From: Dehalococcoides mccartyi
GTDB lineage: Bacteria; Chloroflexota; Dehalococcoidia; UBA2979
DNA length: 64,000 bases
Reading direction: 5' to 3'
NCBI GenBank assembly: GCA_945865925.1
Contig: CAMBFG010000002.1
Coordinates: 12,421 to 76,420, forward strand
The notes below the pieces were generated by a model. The model saw nothing but the letters and a program-made list of their open reading frames with translations. It was not told where the DNA came from and ran no database searches. Made by a program: the position numbers and the translations under genes. Shown here in pieces: positions 1 to 9,047 of the stretch. Each line of letters opens with the position of its first letter. Positions within the stretch are counted from its first letter, which is position 1.

Positions 1-906
1 CTGCACGACCACGTCGACCGACGCCACGAGCGCCTCGAACCGCGCGCGGTCCGAAGACGTCCGCAGGTCGAGGTGGACGAAGCGCTTTCCAAACCCCGTG
101 TCGATGACCAGCAGCGCCATCTCCGGGAGGTGCGCCGCTCCCATCCGGATCACGTCCGCGCGGTGCGCCGCTCCCATCCGGATCACGTCCGCGCCGTACG
201 CCGCCAGCGTGCGCCCCGCGACTGGCCCGGCCACCACACGCGACATGTCCAGCACGCGGACCCCGCTCAGCGGCATCGAGGCGTCAGCAGCAAACGCACG
301 CGACGGCGCCTTCCCGATGACCTCGATGTCGATGGGCGTCAGCGAGGCCAGCGCGCGTGCCTGCGGATGCGCCCGCCACTCTTCCGGTGTCCGTGCGAGG
401 TAGCCGCAGCCGCCGGCCTCGGCGAGCGCGTCCTCGAACGCCTGGCTGTTCCACGCGAGCATCGCGCGCTCGGCGTCGGCGCGGTCGGTCGTCTTCGCGG
501 CGTCCAGACCCAGGGTGCGGAGCGCGCGTTCGCGGTGGTGCGGGAAGTTGGTGTGCAACTGCACCCAGCGGTCATCCGCGGTCCGGTAGTAACCCGAGAA
601 CGGATCCCAGAGGTCCTCGGCCATCGCGCCCTCGACGCGTAAGTAGCGCTCGCTCCGGAACGCGGCCGCTGCGTGACGCATCGAGACCGTCGCGCGCTGC
701 CATCGGCCTGTGCGCTCGTGCCACACACGGGCGGCCGCCAGCGCCGCACCCGCAACGCTCGCCGCCGCCAGCGTCCCCACGCGGAACGGCGAGGGGTACA
801 CCGGGTCAGTGCCCTCGATAGTCACATGGTCGAGGTCGCCTGGGTCGCCGCCGGCGGCGCCCCACACGCTGCGGAGGGCATCGAGCGGGGTCGGTTCGTC
901 AGCCAT
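1..906 (-). CDS. CoA-transferase family III (CaiB/BaiF-like), partial (C-terminus runs off window start)
   Basis: Reverse-strand translation from ATG at 906 (GGAGG RBS 8 nt upstream): MADEPTPLDALRSVWG...GVRVLDMSRVVAGPVAGRTLAAYGADVIRMGAAH... The family III signature is present, and the protein is paralogous to the two CoA-transferases at 51-53.7 kb. It contains an in-frame 33-bp tandem duplication. It is not in the ORF track because it leaves the window. Confidence 0.75.
   Translation of the reverse strand, partial: MADEPTPLDALRSVWGAAGGDPGDLDHVTIEGTDPVYPSPFRVGTLAAASVAGAALAAARVWHERTGRWQRATVSMRHAAAAFRSERYLRVEGAMAEDLWDPFSGYYRTADDRWVQLHTNFPHHRERALRTLGLDAAKTTDRADAERAMLAWNSQAFEDALAEAGGCGYLARTPEEWRAHPQARALASLTPIDIEVIGKAPSRAFAADASMPLSGVRVLDMSRVVAGPVAGRTLAAYGADVIRMGAAHRADVIRMGAAHLPEMALLVIDTGFGKRFVHLDLRTSSDRARFEALVASVDVVVQ
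130..195. repeat. 33-bp perfect tandem duplication (2 copies, 32/33 identical) inside the CoA-transferase CDS
   Basis: gtgcgccgctcccatccggatcacgtccgcgcg at 130-162 is repeated at 163-195. It is in frame and duplicates 11 aa (ADVIRMGAAHR). Confidence 0.9.
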
Positions 907-999
907 CGAATGCCTCCGAGGTCGAGCATAGGAGGCGCATGCGAACGATGACAGGCGATACGCTCCACACACAGACTGCGCCCACGGATAGGGGATGCG

Positions 1000-1740
1000 T
1001 TGTTCCCGCTCAAGGACCACAACCCAACTCGCACCCGGCCCGTGGTGACGCTCGCGCTGATCGCCGTGAACCTCGCGGTGTTCTTCCTCTGGCAGCCCTC
1101 CGCGTTCTGGATCCCCGATCCGGAGACCGCCGCCAACGAACAGGGCGAGTTCCTCTACGCCAACGCCGCCGTGCCCTGCGAGATCGTCCAGGGCCGCCCC
1201 CTCGATGTCATCGAGGTGTCAACGAACGTCTGCCTCGAGGATCCTGGGGAACCGATCTTCCCCGAGAAGCACGTCTACCTCCCGCTGCTCGTGAGCCTCT
1301 TCCTGCACGGCGGGCTCTTCCATATCGGCGGGAACATGTGGTTCCTGTGGCTCTTCGGGAACAACATCGAGGAGGTGTTCGGGAGGCTGCGCTACCTCGC
1401 GTTCTACCTGGTGAGTGGGGTCTTCGCGACGCTCGGGTTCGTCGCACTACAGGCGGATCAGGCAGTGCCACTAGTAGGGGCATCCGGCGCGATCGCGGGG
1501 GTGCTGGGCGCGTACCTCGCGCTGTTCCCCACGCGACGCATCCTCGGCCTCGTAGGCATCTGGCCGATCCCCGTGCCCGCCGCGCTCTTCCTCGGCCTGT
1601 GGTTCTTCGGCCAGTTCGCGACGAGCGACGAGAGCATCGCCTGGCAAGCGCACGCCGCCGGTTTCGCCTTCGGCTTCGTCGTCGCGTTCGCGCTGCGCGC
1701 CCCGCTGCTCCGGCGTTTGCGCCGCCTCCACGCGTACTAG
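1000..1740 (+). CDS. rhomboid family intramembrane serine protease
   Basis: Multi-TM protein. GASGAIAG carries the catalytic Ser, and WQAHAAGFAFG carries the catalytic His in the last TM helix. TTG start at 1000. Confidence 0.8.
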   Translation: MFPLKDHNPTRTRPVVTLALIAVNLAVFFLWQPSAFWIPDPETAANEQGEFLYANAAVPCEIVQGRPLDVIEVSTNVCLEDPGEPIFPEKHVYLPLLVSLFLHGGLFHIGGNMWFLWLFGNNIEEVFGRLRYLAFYLVSGVFATLGFVALQADQAVPLVGASGAIAGVLGAYLALFPTRRILGLVGIWPIPVPAALFLGLWFFGQFATSDESIAWQAHAAGFAFGFVVAFALRAPLLRRLRRLHAY

Positions 1741-1753
1741 CGAGGCGTCACCA

Positions 1754-2548
1754 TCAGGCTGCCGCGAAGCCCCAGCGCTCTCGCACCCACGCCTCGGCGC
1801 GGCCGAACAGCAGGCGGTCGACGGCGACCCCGACCGCGATGATCACCAGCATGATCGCGAACACCATGTTGATGTTGTTCAGGTTGCGGCCGACGTCGAG
1901 CAGGTGGCCGAGGCCGACCGAGACGAAGAGCAGCTCCCCAGCCATCAACGAACGCCACGCGAACGACCAGCCCTGCTTCATCCCCTGGACCATCGAGGGC
2001 ACCATCGCGGGCAGGACGACGTATCGGTACAACTGCCAGCGCGTCGCGCCCAGCGTGCCGGCCGCTCGCGTGAGCAGCGGCGGCAAGCCTCGCATCCCGG
2101 CGCGCGCGGAGATGGCGATCGAGAAGGTGGAGCCCATGAGCACCACGAAGATGATCGCAGTCTCGCTCAGGCCGAACCACAGCACGGCCAGCGGCAGCCA
2201 CGTGATGCTCGGCAGCGATTGCAACCCGAGGACCACGCCGCCAATCGTCTCGTTCGCGAACTTCGAGGCCGCCGTGAGCAGCCCCAGCGCCATGCCGAGG
2301 ACGAACGAGATCACGTAGCCCACGACCAGGCGCTGCATGCTCGCCTGCAAGCCGTCGAGGATCAGCCCGTTCGCGAAGTTCGTCCGCAGCGAGGCAAACA
2401 CCTTCTCCGGGGACGGGAAGAGGAATGGCGACCACACCTCGACACGACCGAGGAGACTCCACAGAGCAATGACGGCGACATAGAACCCGACGATCCGCAG
2501 GAGTTTCAGCCCCGTCTCGCGCGAAGGGATGAGACGGCTAGATCGCAT
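1754..2548 (-). CDS. ABC transporter permease, NitT/TauT (sulfonate/nitrate/taurine) family
   Basis: Six-TM permease with an EAA-like loop. It overlaps the upstream ATPase gene and is the last gene of the SBP-ATPase-permease operon. Confidence 0.85.
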   Translation of the reverse strand: MRSSRLIPSRETGLKLLRIVGFYVAVIALWSLLGRVEVWSPFLFPSPEKVFASLRTNFANGLILDGLQASMQRLVVGYVISFVLGMALGLLTAASKFANETIGGVVLGLQSLPSITWLPLAVLWFGLSETAIIFVVLMGSTFSIAISARAGMRGLPPLLTRAAGTLGATRWQLYRYVVLPAMVPSMVQGMKQGWSFAWRSLMAGELLFVSVGLGHLLDVGRNLNNINMVFAIMLVIIAVGVAVDRLLFGRAEAWVRERWGFAAA

Positions 2549-3377
2549 AGCGCGGCTCCGGCTCGGCGCCCACGTTCTGAAGTTCGTAGCGGACCGCAGC
2601 CGCCAGGTCGGCCACGGCGTGGTCGTCGGGCGTCCTCGGGCGTTCGAGCGGGATATCGATGATCTTCTTGATCCGGCCGGGGCTCGGCGACATCACCACC
2701 ACTCGGTCACCGAGGATGACGGCCTCGCGCACGTTGTGAGTGACGAAGAGGACGGTCGTGCCAATCCGTGCCCACACGGACTGCAGTTCCAGCTGCAGGT
2801 CGTCGCGTGTCTGGGCGTCGAGGGCCGCGAACGGTTCATCCATGAGCAGCACGTGCGGCTCGACGGCCAGACCCCGCGCGAGCTGGGCGCGCTGCTTCAT
2901 CCCGCCAGACAGCTCGTGGATGTACGCGCGGTCGAAGCGACTGAGGTTCACGAGGGCCAATTGCCGGTCGACGATCTCCCGACGCTGCTCCTTCGGAACG
3001 CCTCGCAGCTTCAGGCCGAACTCCACGTTGTCCCGGACATTCAGCCACGGGAAGAGCGCAGGCTCCTGGAAGACGACGGCGCGCTGCTGCGCCATCCCGC
3101 GGATCGGAGCTCCCTCGAACACGGCCTCGCCCTGGTAGTCCGTGTCGATGCCGGCCGCGATGTTGAGCAGCGTCGACTTCCCGCAGCCCGAGGGACCCAC
3201 GATGCAGATGAACTCGCGCGGCCTCACCTTGAGCGTCACGTCGTCGAGTGCGAGGGTGTCCTGGCGCGACGTGCGGAAGTGCTTGCTGATGTGGCGAAGC
3301 GCCAGCAACGGCTCGGGGTCAGAGGCCGCTGAGGCCCTTCCGCCACCCTGCCGTCCGGTGTCTGCGATCAACGCCAT
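2538..3377 (-). CDS. ABC transporter ATP-binding protein (NitT/TauT family)
   Basis: Walker A GPSGCGKST, signature LSGGMKQR, Walker B LLMDEP. The start is taken at MALIADTG; the ORF extends to 3440. Confidence 0.85.
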   Translation of the reverse strand: MALIADTGRQGGGRASAASDPEPLLALRHISKHFRTSRQDTLALDDVTLKVRPREFICIVGPSGCGKSTLLNIAAGIDTDYQGEAVFEGAPIRGMAQQRAVVFQEPALFPWLNVRDNVEFGLKLRGVPKEQRREIVDRQLALVNLSRFDRAYIHELSGGMKQRAQLARGLAVEPHVLLMDEPFAALDAQTRDDLQLELQSVWARIGTTVLFVTHNVREAVILGDRVVVMSPSPGRIKKIIDIPLERPRTPDDHAVADLAAAVRYELQNVGAEPEPRYAI

Positions 3378-3439
3378 TGCCACCCTCGCTTCAACCCTCG
3401 GCCGGCGCCCTCGAAGGGACGCCGGCCGGGGGCAGTCCA

Positions 3440-4519
3440 CTACTTGCTGACTTCCTTGAGGCCCAGTTCCTTCAGCACCTTGTTCAGCAGGTCGAGCGCG
3501 TAGATGTTCGCCAGGTCCGGCTTCTTCTCGCCGAGATACCCGAGCGCGAACGCGTCGTCCGCTGACTTGCGCAGGCTGGAGGCAATGGGGTCATAGGTCG
3601 TCTTCTGGTTTCGCCACGCGCCGTTGATCACTGCCTCGGGCAGTGGGGCGCTCGTGACCTGCTTGATGCCAGCGTTCACGACCTGCTTCGCCTGGTCGGG
3701 GTTCTCGTTGATCCACTGCGTCGTCTTCACGTGCGCACGGAGCAGTTTCTCGACGGTCGCGGGATGCTCCGCCAGGAATTTGGCACTCACGATGAGGTGC
3801 GTCGTGACGAAGTCGCCGTTCGGCCACAGGTCGCGCTCGTCCAGGAAGACTTTGCCGTTGCCCTCGAGGATGAGGCGCGTCGCCCACGGCTCCGGAGCCC
3901 AGGCTGCCTGCAACTCGCCCTTGATGAACAACGCGAGGGCGTCCGCGTTCGCGATCGGACGGACATCGACGTTCCCGCCGTGGTCCTTGTCCTTCAGGCC
4001 ATTCTTCTGCAGCCACGCGCGCGCGGCGACATCCTGCGTGTTCCCCAGCTGCGGCGTCGCGATCCGCTTGCCCGCGAAGTCCGAGGGCTTCGTGATGCCG
4101 GAGTCGGCCTTCACGATCAGCAGCGCACCGGCGCTCGTGGCCCCGGCGATGATGCGGACGTCCTTGCCACCTGACTGCACGTAGCCGGTGATCGCCGGGT
4201 TCGGGCCGATGTACGAGGCGTCGATCGCGCCCGCAAACATCGCCTCGATCACGGACGGGCCCGCGTTGAAGGTCTTCGTCTCGATTTTCACGTTCGAGCC
4301 GAGTTCCTGCGCGAACGTGCCGTTCGCCAGACCGACGATCGGTTGGGCGTGCGTCACATTCGGGAAGTAGCCGAGGCGCAGCGTGACGGGCTGATCCGGG
4401 GATGCGGCCCCCTTCGGCGCGGCCTCGTCCGATCCACAGGCCACCAGGACGGCCGCGAGGACAGCGACGAGCAGCGTTCCGAGGAACGTGGGTTTGCGAA
4501 GGGAGGAAACGTGTGTCAT
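3440..4519 (-). CDS. ABC transporter substrate-binding lipoprotein (NitT/TauT / SsuA-like)
   Basis: Signal peptide with LVAC lipobox, and a periplasmic-binding fold typical of SsuA/TauA/NrtA-type SBPs. Confidence 0.8.
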   Translation of the reverse strand: MTHVSSLRKPTFLGTLLVAVLAAVLVACGSDEAAPKGAASPDQPVTLRLGYFPNVTHAQPIVGLANGTFAQELGSNVKIETKTFNAGPSVIEAMFAGAIDASYIGPNPAITGYVQSGGKDVRIIAGATSAGALLIVKADSGITKPSDFAGKRIATPQLGNTQDVAARAWLQKNGLKDKDHGGNVDVRPIANADALALFIKGELQAAWAPEPWATRLILEGNGKVFLDERDLWPNGDFVTTHLIVSAKFLAEHPATVEKLLRAHVKTTQWINENPDQAKQVVNAGIKQVTSAPLPEAVINGAWRNQKTTYDPIASSLRKSADDAFALGYLGEKKPDLANIYALDLLNKVLKELGLKEVSK

Positions 4520-4606
4520 GGCAGGTCTCCAGTCAGAGGCATCGAAGTGGCTCGGTACGTTTCGATCGCCTCCGGGTGACCGGTCAGCCTGCGCGGGAGG
4601 GACGTG

Positions 4607-4768
4607 TTAGATCGCACGGTCGAACCGCTTCTTCTCCAGCGTGTCGATCTGCACGACACGACCGTCCTGCACGATCACCTGCACATGGCCGTGCCGCAGC
4701 GCACGGATCGACTGCAGGATCTCCGCCAGGACGGCTTGTTCTCGAACATCGGGCGTGACGTCAGGCAT
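4607..4768 (-). CDS. small DUF2292/YezD-like protein (53 aa)
   Basis: MPDVTPDVREQAVLAEILQSIRALRHGHVQVIVQDGRVVQIDTLEKKRFDRAI. This is the C-terminal part of a longer spurious ORF. It lies between the Rrf2 regulator and the sulfur ABC transporter, as YezD genes typically do. Confidence 0.5.
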   Translation of the reverse strand: MPDVTPDVREQAVLAEILQSIRALRHGHVQVIVQDGRVVQIDTLEKKRFDRAI

Positions 4769-4778
4769 GTCCGATCTC

Positions 4779-5243
4779 CTAGATCTGGTACGTGAGGGTC
4801 TGGGTGGCGCGTTGTTCGCTGGCACGGGCGGCGAGGTCGGCGAAGGTCGTCTGGTCGACGACATCAGCGATGGCGTCACGGACCTCGGTCCAAAACCCGC
4901 GCAACGTACAGTTCGCTGCGTCCGCACATCGCGAGGCCGGACAGGACTCGTAGGCCGTCTTACTCGCGCACGCGATCGGCGCGAGCGGCCCGTCCATGAC
5001 GCGCACGATGTCGCCGATCGTGATCTCCTCTGCCGGCTTCGCGAGGAGGTAGCCACCATGCGAGCCTCGACGGGCGGAGAGGATCCGGGCCGCACGCAGG
5101 CGCATCAGGATCTGCTCCAGGTACTTCTCCGGCACACCCGCGCGTGCGGCGAGTTCGTGCAGCGGCAACGGCACGCCGGCGGTGCACTCGGCAAGTTCGA
5201 GTACCGCTCGGATGGCGTAGTCCCCGCGAGTAGAGAGCCGCAT
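4779..5243 (-). CDS. Rrf2-family transcriptional regulator with Fe-S ligand cysteines (IscR/CymR-like)
   Basis: N-terminal wHTH (LSTRGDYAIRAVLELA) and a cysteine cluster CASKTAYESCPASRCADAANC. It is divergent from the sir-cysH operon. Confidence 0.8.
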   Translation of the reverse strand: MRLSTRGDYAIRAVLELAECTAGVPLPLHELAARAGVPEKYLEQILMRLRAARILSARRGSHGGYLLAKPAEEITIGDIVRVMDGPLAPIACASKTAYESCPASRCADAANCTLRGFWTEVRDAIADVVDQTTFADLAARASEQRATQTLTYQI

Positions 5244-5292
5244 GTCGAGTTCCCATATCGGTCTGGTAGGGATTCAGAGGGCCTGAGAAACG

Positions 5293-5325
5293 CCCTCGAG
5301 GGGCGGTTGGCAGGCATTCCGGAAT
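5293..5325. promoter_or_regulatory. two 10-bp perfect palindromes (CCCTCGAGGG, ATTCCGGAAT) in the divergent Rrf2/sir promoter region; candidate operator
   Basis: Seen directly in the lower-GC 283-bp intergenic region 5244-5526. Confidence 0.25.
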
Positions 5326-5526
5326 CACCGGCACGGTGTAGGGGAATGGCTTGTCACCCCTCGACCGCAGACCTATACTCCGATACATGACCAGTTCGGT
5401 CAAGATACTCGTGTTTAGGCGTCGGGAAATCTCTCCCAGACTCAGTCCCCACCGGACGAGCGTTATGAGAACCTTGCGCGACTTCAGACCGAATGCGTCC
5501 CCACGCGCCAGAGAGCGAGCACGACG

Positions 5527-7311
5527 ATGAGCACTACGAGCGACCGGCAGCAGGCCCCGCACGTCATCCCCATCATCGAAAAAGAGTTCACCGACTTCGA
5601 CACCGAAGCGAAGGACTTTCTTGCCGGCAATCAGGAAGAGAAGAAGTTCATCGGCTTCCGCCTGAAGCAGGGCGTCTACGGCCAGCGCCAAGCGGCCCGC
5701 CAGATGGTGCGCGTGAAACTGCCCTTCGGCGGCGTCACCCCGCAGCAACTCGAGGGCTTCGCGCAGGTCGCGGAGCGCTTCGCCCCGCTCGGCAAGGGCC
5801 ACATCACCACCCGCCAGAACGTGCAGTTCCACCACTTCCGTCTCGCCGAGGCGTACGACCTCCTGAAGGTCCTCGGCGACCACGGTCTCTCCTCGCGTGA
5901 GGCGTGCGGCAACGTCGTGCGCAACGTCACCGGCGACCCGTGGGCGGGCACCCGTGACGACGAGCCGTTCGACATCACGCCGTACGCGGGCGCCTTCGTG
6001 CGTTACTGGGTACGCAACCCCATCTCGCAGCTGCTCCCCCGCAAGTTCAAGGTCACGTTCTCCGGCTCCGAGGTGGACGCCGCGATGACCGCGATCCACG
6101 ACATCGGCTTCATCCCCCGCGTCCGCACCGAGGGCGGCAAGGAAGTCCGCGGCTTCAAGATGGTCGTCGGTGGTGGCCTCTCCACCATGGCGAAGGAAGC
6201 CCTCCTGCTCTCCGAGTTCGTCCCGGTCGAGAAGTTCCTGACCTACTCGGAAGCGGTCATCCGCATCTTCGAGGACGCCAGCGAGCTCCGGAAGGACATC
6301 CACAAGGCCCGCCTGAAGTTCCTCGTCCAGCGCGTGGGTGCCGAGGCGTTCCAGAAGATGGTCGCCGAGCGCCTCGCCCAGGACTGGGCGCAGCAGATCC
6401 CGCCGCTCGAAGCCCTCATGTACAACGACGACGAGCAGGCGCTCGCGCCCGCCCCTTCCACGCTGGAGGCGAACAGCGTGCCGGCGGGTGACCGCGCCGC
6501 CTTCCAGAAGTGGGTGGACGAGAACGTCCGCACCCAGAAGCAGGCCGGCTACTACGCCGTCGAGGCGAAGGTGCCGCAGGGCGACCTGAACCCGGCGCAG
6601 TTCCGCGGCCTCGCTAAGGTCCTCACCGACTTCGGTGGTGGGCGTGCGCGGATGACGCAGGACCAGAACATCGTCCTGCGCTGGATCCCCGGCGCGAACC
6701 TCTACGGTGTCTGGCAGGCACTCCAACCGCTCGGCCTCGGTGGCTCCGGCGTCCAGACCATCGAGGACGTCGTGTCCTGCCCGGGCACGGACTCCTGCAA
6801 GCTGGGCATCACCTCCTCGATGGGCCTCAACCGCGCCATCACGGAGCAGCTGCAGACGATGAACGTCACCGACTCGCTGTCGCGCAAGGTGCTGATCAAC
6901 ATCTCCGGCTGCCCGAACTCCTGCGGCCAGCACCACCTGGGCAACATCGGCTTCCACGGTGCAGCCATGAAGAACGACGACCGGCAAGTGCCGGCCTACA
7001 ACGTCTTCCTCGGCGGCATGCGTCGCGAGGGCGAGACGCTCCGCATCGGCTCCGTCGCGCGCCTCCGCATCCCAGCGAAGCGTGTCCCGGTCGCCGTCGA
7101 GCGGTTCATCGGCGTGTACGAGTCCGGCCGTGAGGCGGGCGAGGAGTTCAACGCGTACGTCGACCGTGTCGGCGTGAAGCCGTTCGAGGCTGCCGTCCAG
7201 GACCTCTCGATCACGCCGAAGTTCGCCACCGACAACTTCCAGGAGTTCATCGACTGGGAGCGCGAAGGTTTGTACGTCCTTGAGCGCGGCGAGGGTGAGT
7301 GCGCCGTTTAG
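5527..7311 (+). CDS. sir: ferredoxin-dependent sulfite reductase (siroheme/[4Fe-4S] hemoprotein)
   Basis: NirA/SirA fold with Cys motifs CPGTDSCKLG and SGCPNSCGQHH. It lies immediately upstream of cysH-cysD-cysN. Confidence 0.85.
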   Translation: MSTTSDRQQAPHVIPIIEKEFTDFDTEAKDFLAGNQEEKKFIGFRLKQGVYGQRQAARQMVRVKLPFGGVTPQQLEGFAQVAERFAPLGKGHITTRQNVQFHHFRLAEAYDLLKVLGDHGLSSREACGNVVRNVTGDPWAGTRDDEPFDITPYAGAFVRYWVRNPISQLLPRKFKVTFSGSEVDAAMTAIHDIGFIPRVRTEGGKEVRGFKMVVGGGLSTMAKEALLLSEFVPVEKFLTYSEAVIRIFEDASELRKDIHKARLKFLVQRVGAEAFQKMVAERLAQDWAQQIPPLEALMYNDDEQALAPAPSTLEANSVPAGDRAAFQKWVDENVRTQKQAGYYAVEAKVPQGDLNPAQFRGLAKVLTDFGGGRARMTQDQNIVLRWIPGANLYGVWQALQPLGLGGSGVQTIEDVVSCPGTDSCKLGITSSMGLNRAITEQLQTMNVTDSLSRKVLINISGCPNSCGQHHLGNIGFHGAAMKNDDRQVPAYNVFLGGMRREGETLRIGSVARLRIPAKRVPVAVERFIGVYESGREAGEEFNAYVDRVGVKPFEAAVQDLSITPKFATDNFQEFIDWEREGLYVLERGEGECAV

Positions 7312-7396
7312 CGTCGCGCGCCTGACCGCAGGGTGCGGGGCGGGCGACGGCCCGCCCGCTCCATTCACCGGGGAGAGCCCCGGAAGGGAACCACCG

Positions 7397-8113
7397 ATGA
7401 CCACCACACCAGCCACCGACGAACTCGCCGCCATCGAGGCCGCCGAGGCCCGACTGCACAACGCGAAGCCCGAGGACATCCTCGAGTGGGTGTTCAAGCG
7501 TTACGGGACGGGCGTCACGCTCGCCTCCGCATTCGGCAACACGGCGGACGCGGTGCTGATGGACATGGTGGCAAAGGTCGCCCCCGGCACCCCGGTGTTC
7601 TACCTGGACACGGACTTCCTGTTCCCGGAGACCCACGACTTCATCTCGAAGTCGCGCGAGAAGTACGGCGACAAGATCAACCTCCAGATGTTCAAGACGG
7701 ACCTGACACCCGAGGCGCAGGCGATCAAGTTCGGGGAGCGGCTCTGGGAAGAGCACCCGGACCAATGCTGCGACATCCGCAAGGTCGAGCCGATCCACCA
7801 GGCGCTGGACGGCAAGCGCGCCTGGATCACCGGCATCCGACGTGACCAGTCAGAGACGCGTGCGAACGCGCCGGCAGTGACGTGGGACGGCAAATTCGGC
7901 CTCGCGAAGGCGAACCCGCTCGTGACCTGGGACGAGAAGACCTCCTGGGCTTACATCTTCGCGAACGACGTGCCGTACAACATCCTGCACGACCGCAACT
8001 ACCCGACGGTGGGCTGCACCAACTGCACCCGTGCCGTGATGCCGGGCGAGGATCAGCGGGCTGGCCGCTGGGCTGGCTCGGACAAGGTCGAGTGCGGCCT
8101 GCACCTCGACTAG
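7397..8113 (+). CDS. cysH: adenylyl-sulfate (APS) reductase, thioredoxin-dependent, Fe-S type
   Basis: PAPS-reductase fold, plus the CCDIRKVEP and ECGLH cysteine motifs characteristic of [4Fe-4S] APS reductases. Confidence 0.85.
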   Translation: MTTTPATDELAAIEAAEARLHNAKPEDILEWVFKRYGTGVTLASAFGNTADAVLMDMVAKVAPGTPVFYLDTDFLFPETHDFISKSREKYGDKINLQMFKTDLTPEAQAIKFGERLWEEHPDQCCDIRKVEPIHQALDGKRAWITGIRRDQSETRANAPAVTWDGKFGLAKANPLVTWDEKTSWAYIFANDVPYNILHDRNYPTVGCTNCTRAVMPGEDQRAGRWAGSDKVECGLHLD

Positions 8114-8132
8114 ACGACCCGGAGCACGACGG

Positions 8133-9047
8133 ATGAGCAGCACGGCCACGCGGCTGACGCACCTTCAGGCCCTTGAGGCCGAGTCGATCTTCATCATCCG
8201 CGAGGTCGCGGCGGAGTTTGAGCGCCCGGGAATGTTGTTCTCCGGGGGCAAGGACTCCATCGTCATGCTTCGCCTCGCGGAGAAGGCCTTCGCGCCCGCG
8301 CGCGTCCCCTTCCCCGTCGTCCACATCGACACCGGCCACAACTTCGAGGAGGTCATGGAGTACCGCGACCGCCGCGTCGCCGACCTCGGCGTCCGCCTGA
8401 TCGTCGGCTCCGTGCAGGAGAAGATCGACCGCGGCGAACTCGTGGAGGAGACCGGGCCGAGGGCCTCGCGCAACCGTCTCCAGACGCCCGTGCTGCTCGA
8501 GACGCTTGCGAAGCATGAGTTCGACGCCGTCTTCGGTGGCGGACGACGTGACGAGGAGAAGGCGCGCGCCAAGGAGCGCGTGTACTCCTTCCGGGACGAC
8601 TTCGGCCAATGGGACCCAAAGAACCAGCGCCCTGAACTGTGGAACCTCTACAACGGCCGCCACCGCAAGGGCGAGCACATCCGCATCTTCCCGCTCTCCA
8701 ACTGGACCGAGATGGACATCTGGCAGTACATCGCCGAAGACCGCATCGAGGTGCCCTCGATCTACTACGCGCACCAGCGCGAGGTGTTCGCCCGCGACGG
8801 CATGCTGATGGCGACGAGCCCGCTGATCCAGATGCTGCCCGGTGAGTCGCCATTCATGGAGACCGTGCGCTACCGCACCGTGGGTGACCTCACCTGTACC
8901 GCGGCCGTCCAGAGCACCGCCGCCACCGTCGACGACGTGATCGCGGAGACGGCGGCCACCCGCATCACCGAGCGCGGGGCGACGAGGGCGGACGACCGCT
9001 TCTCGGAAGCCGCGATGGAAGACCGCAAGCGCGAGGGCTACTTCTAG
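8133..9047 (+). CDS. cysD: sulfate adenylyltransferase subunit 2
   Basis: PP-loop SGGKDS; typical CysD length and order. Confidence 0.9.
   Translation: MSSTATRLTHLQALEAESIFIIREVAAEFERPGMLFSGGKDSIVMLRLAEKAFAPARVPFPVVHIDTGHNFEEVMEYRDRRVADLGVRLIVGSVQEKIDRGELVEETGPRASRNRLQTPVLLETLAKHEFDAVFGGGRRDEEKARAKERVYSFRDDFGQWDPKNQRPELWNLYNGRHRKGEHIRIFPLSNWTEMDIWQYIAEDRIEVPSIYYAHQREVFARDGMLMATSPLIQMLPGESPFMETVRYRTVGDLTCTAAVQSTAATVDDVIAETAATRITERGATRADDRFSEAAMEDRKREGYF

Noticed and set aside
5244-5526. Possible SAM or other riboswitch in the lower-GC region upstream of sir
   Set aside because: None of the conserved SAM-I, SAM-II or SAM-IV core sequences is present. The short palindromes there are better explained as protein operators for the adjacent Rrf2 regulator.
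4960-7497. 845-aa ORF antisense to the sulfite reductase gene. Similar very long antisense or out-of-frame ORFs occur at 10603-12615, 13016-14506, 30445-32817, 38789-41728 and 46937-49249.
   Set aside because: Their translations are Arg/Ala/Gly-rich low-complexity strings with no motifs. They lie opposite or out of frame to genes with clear family signatures. A 70% GC genome generates long stop-free frames by chance.
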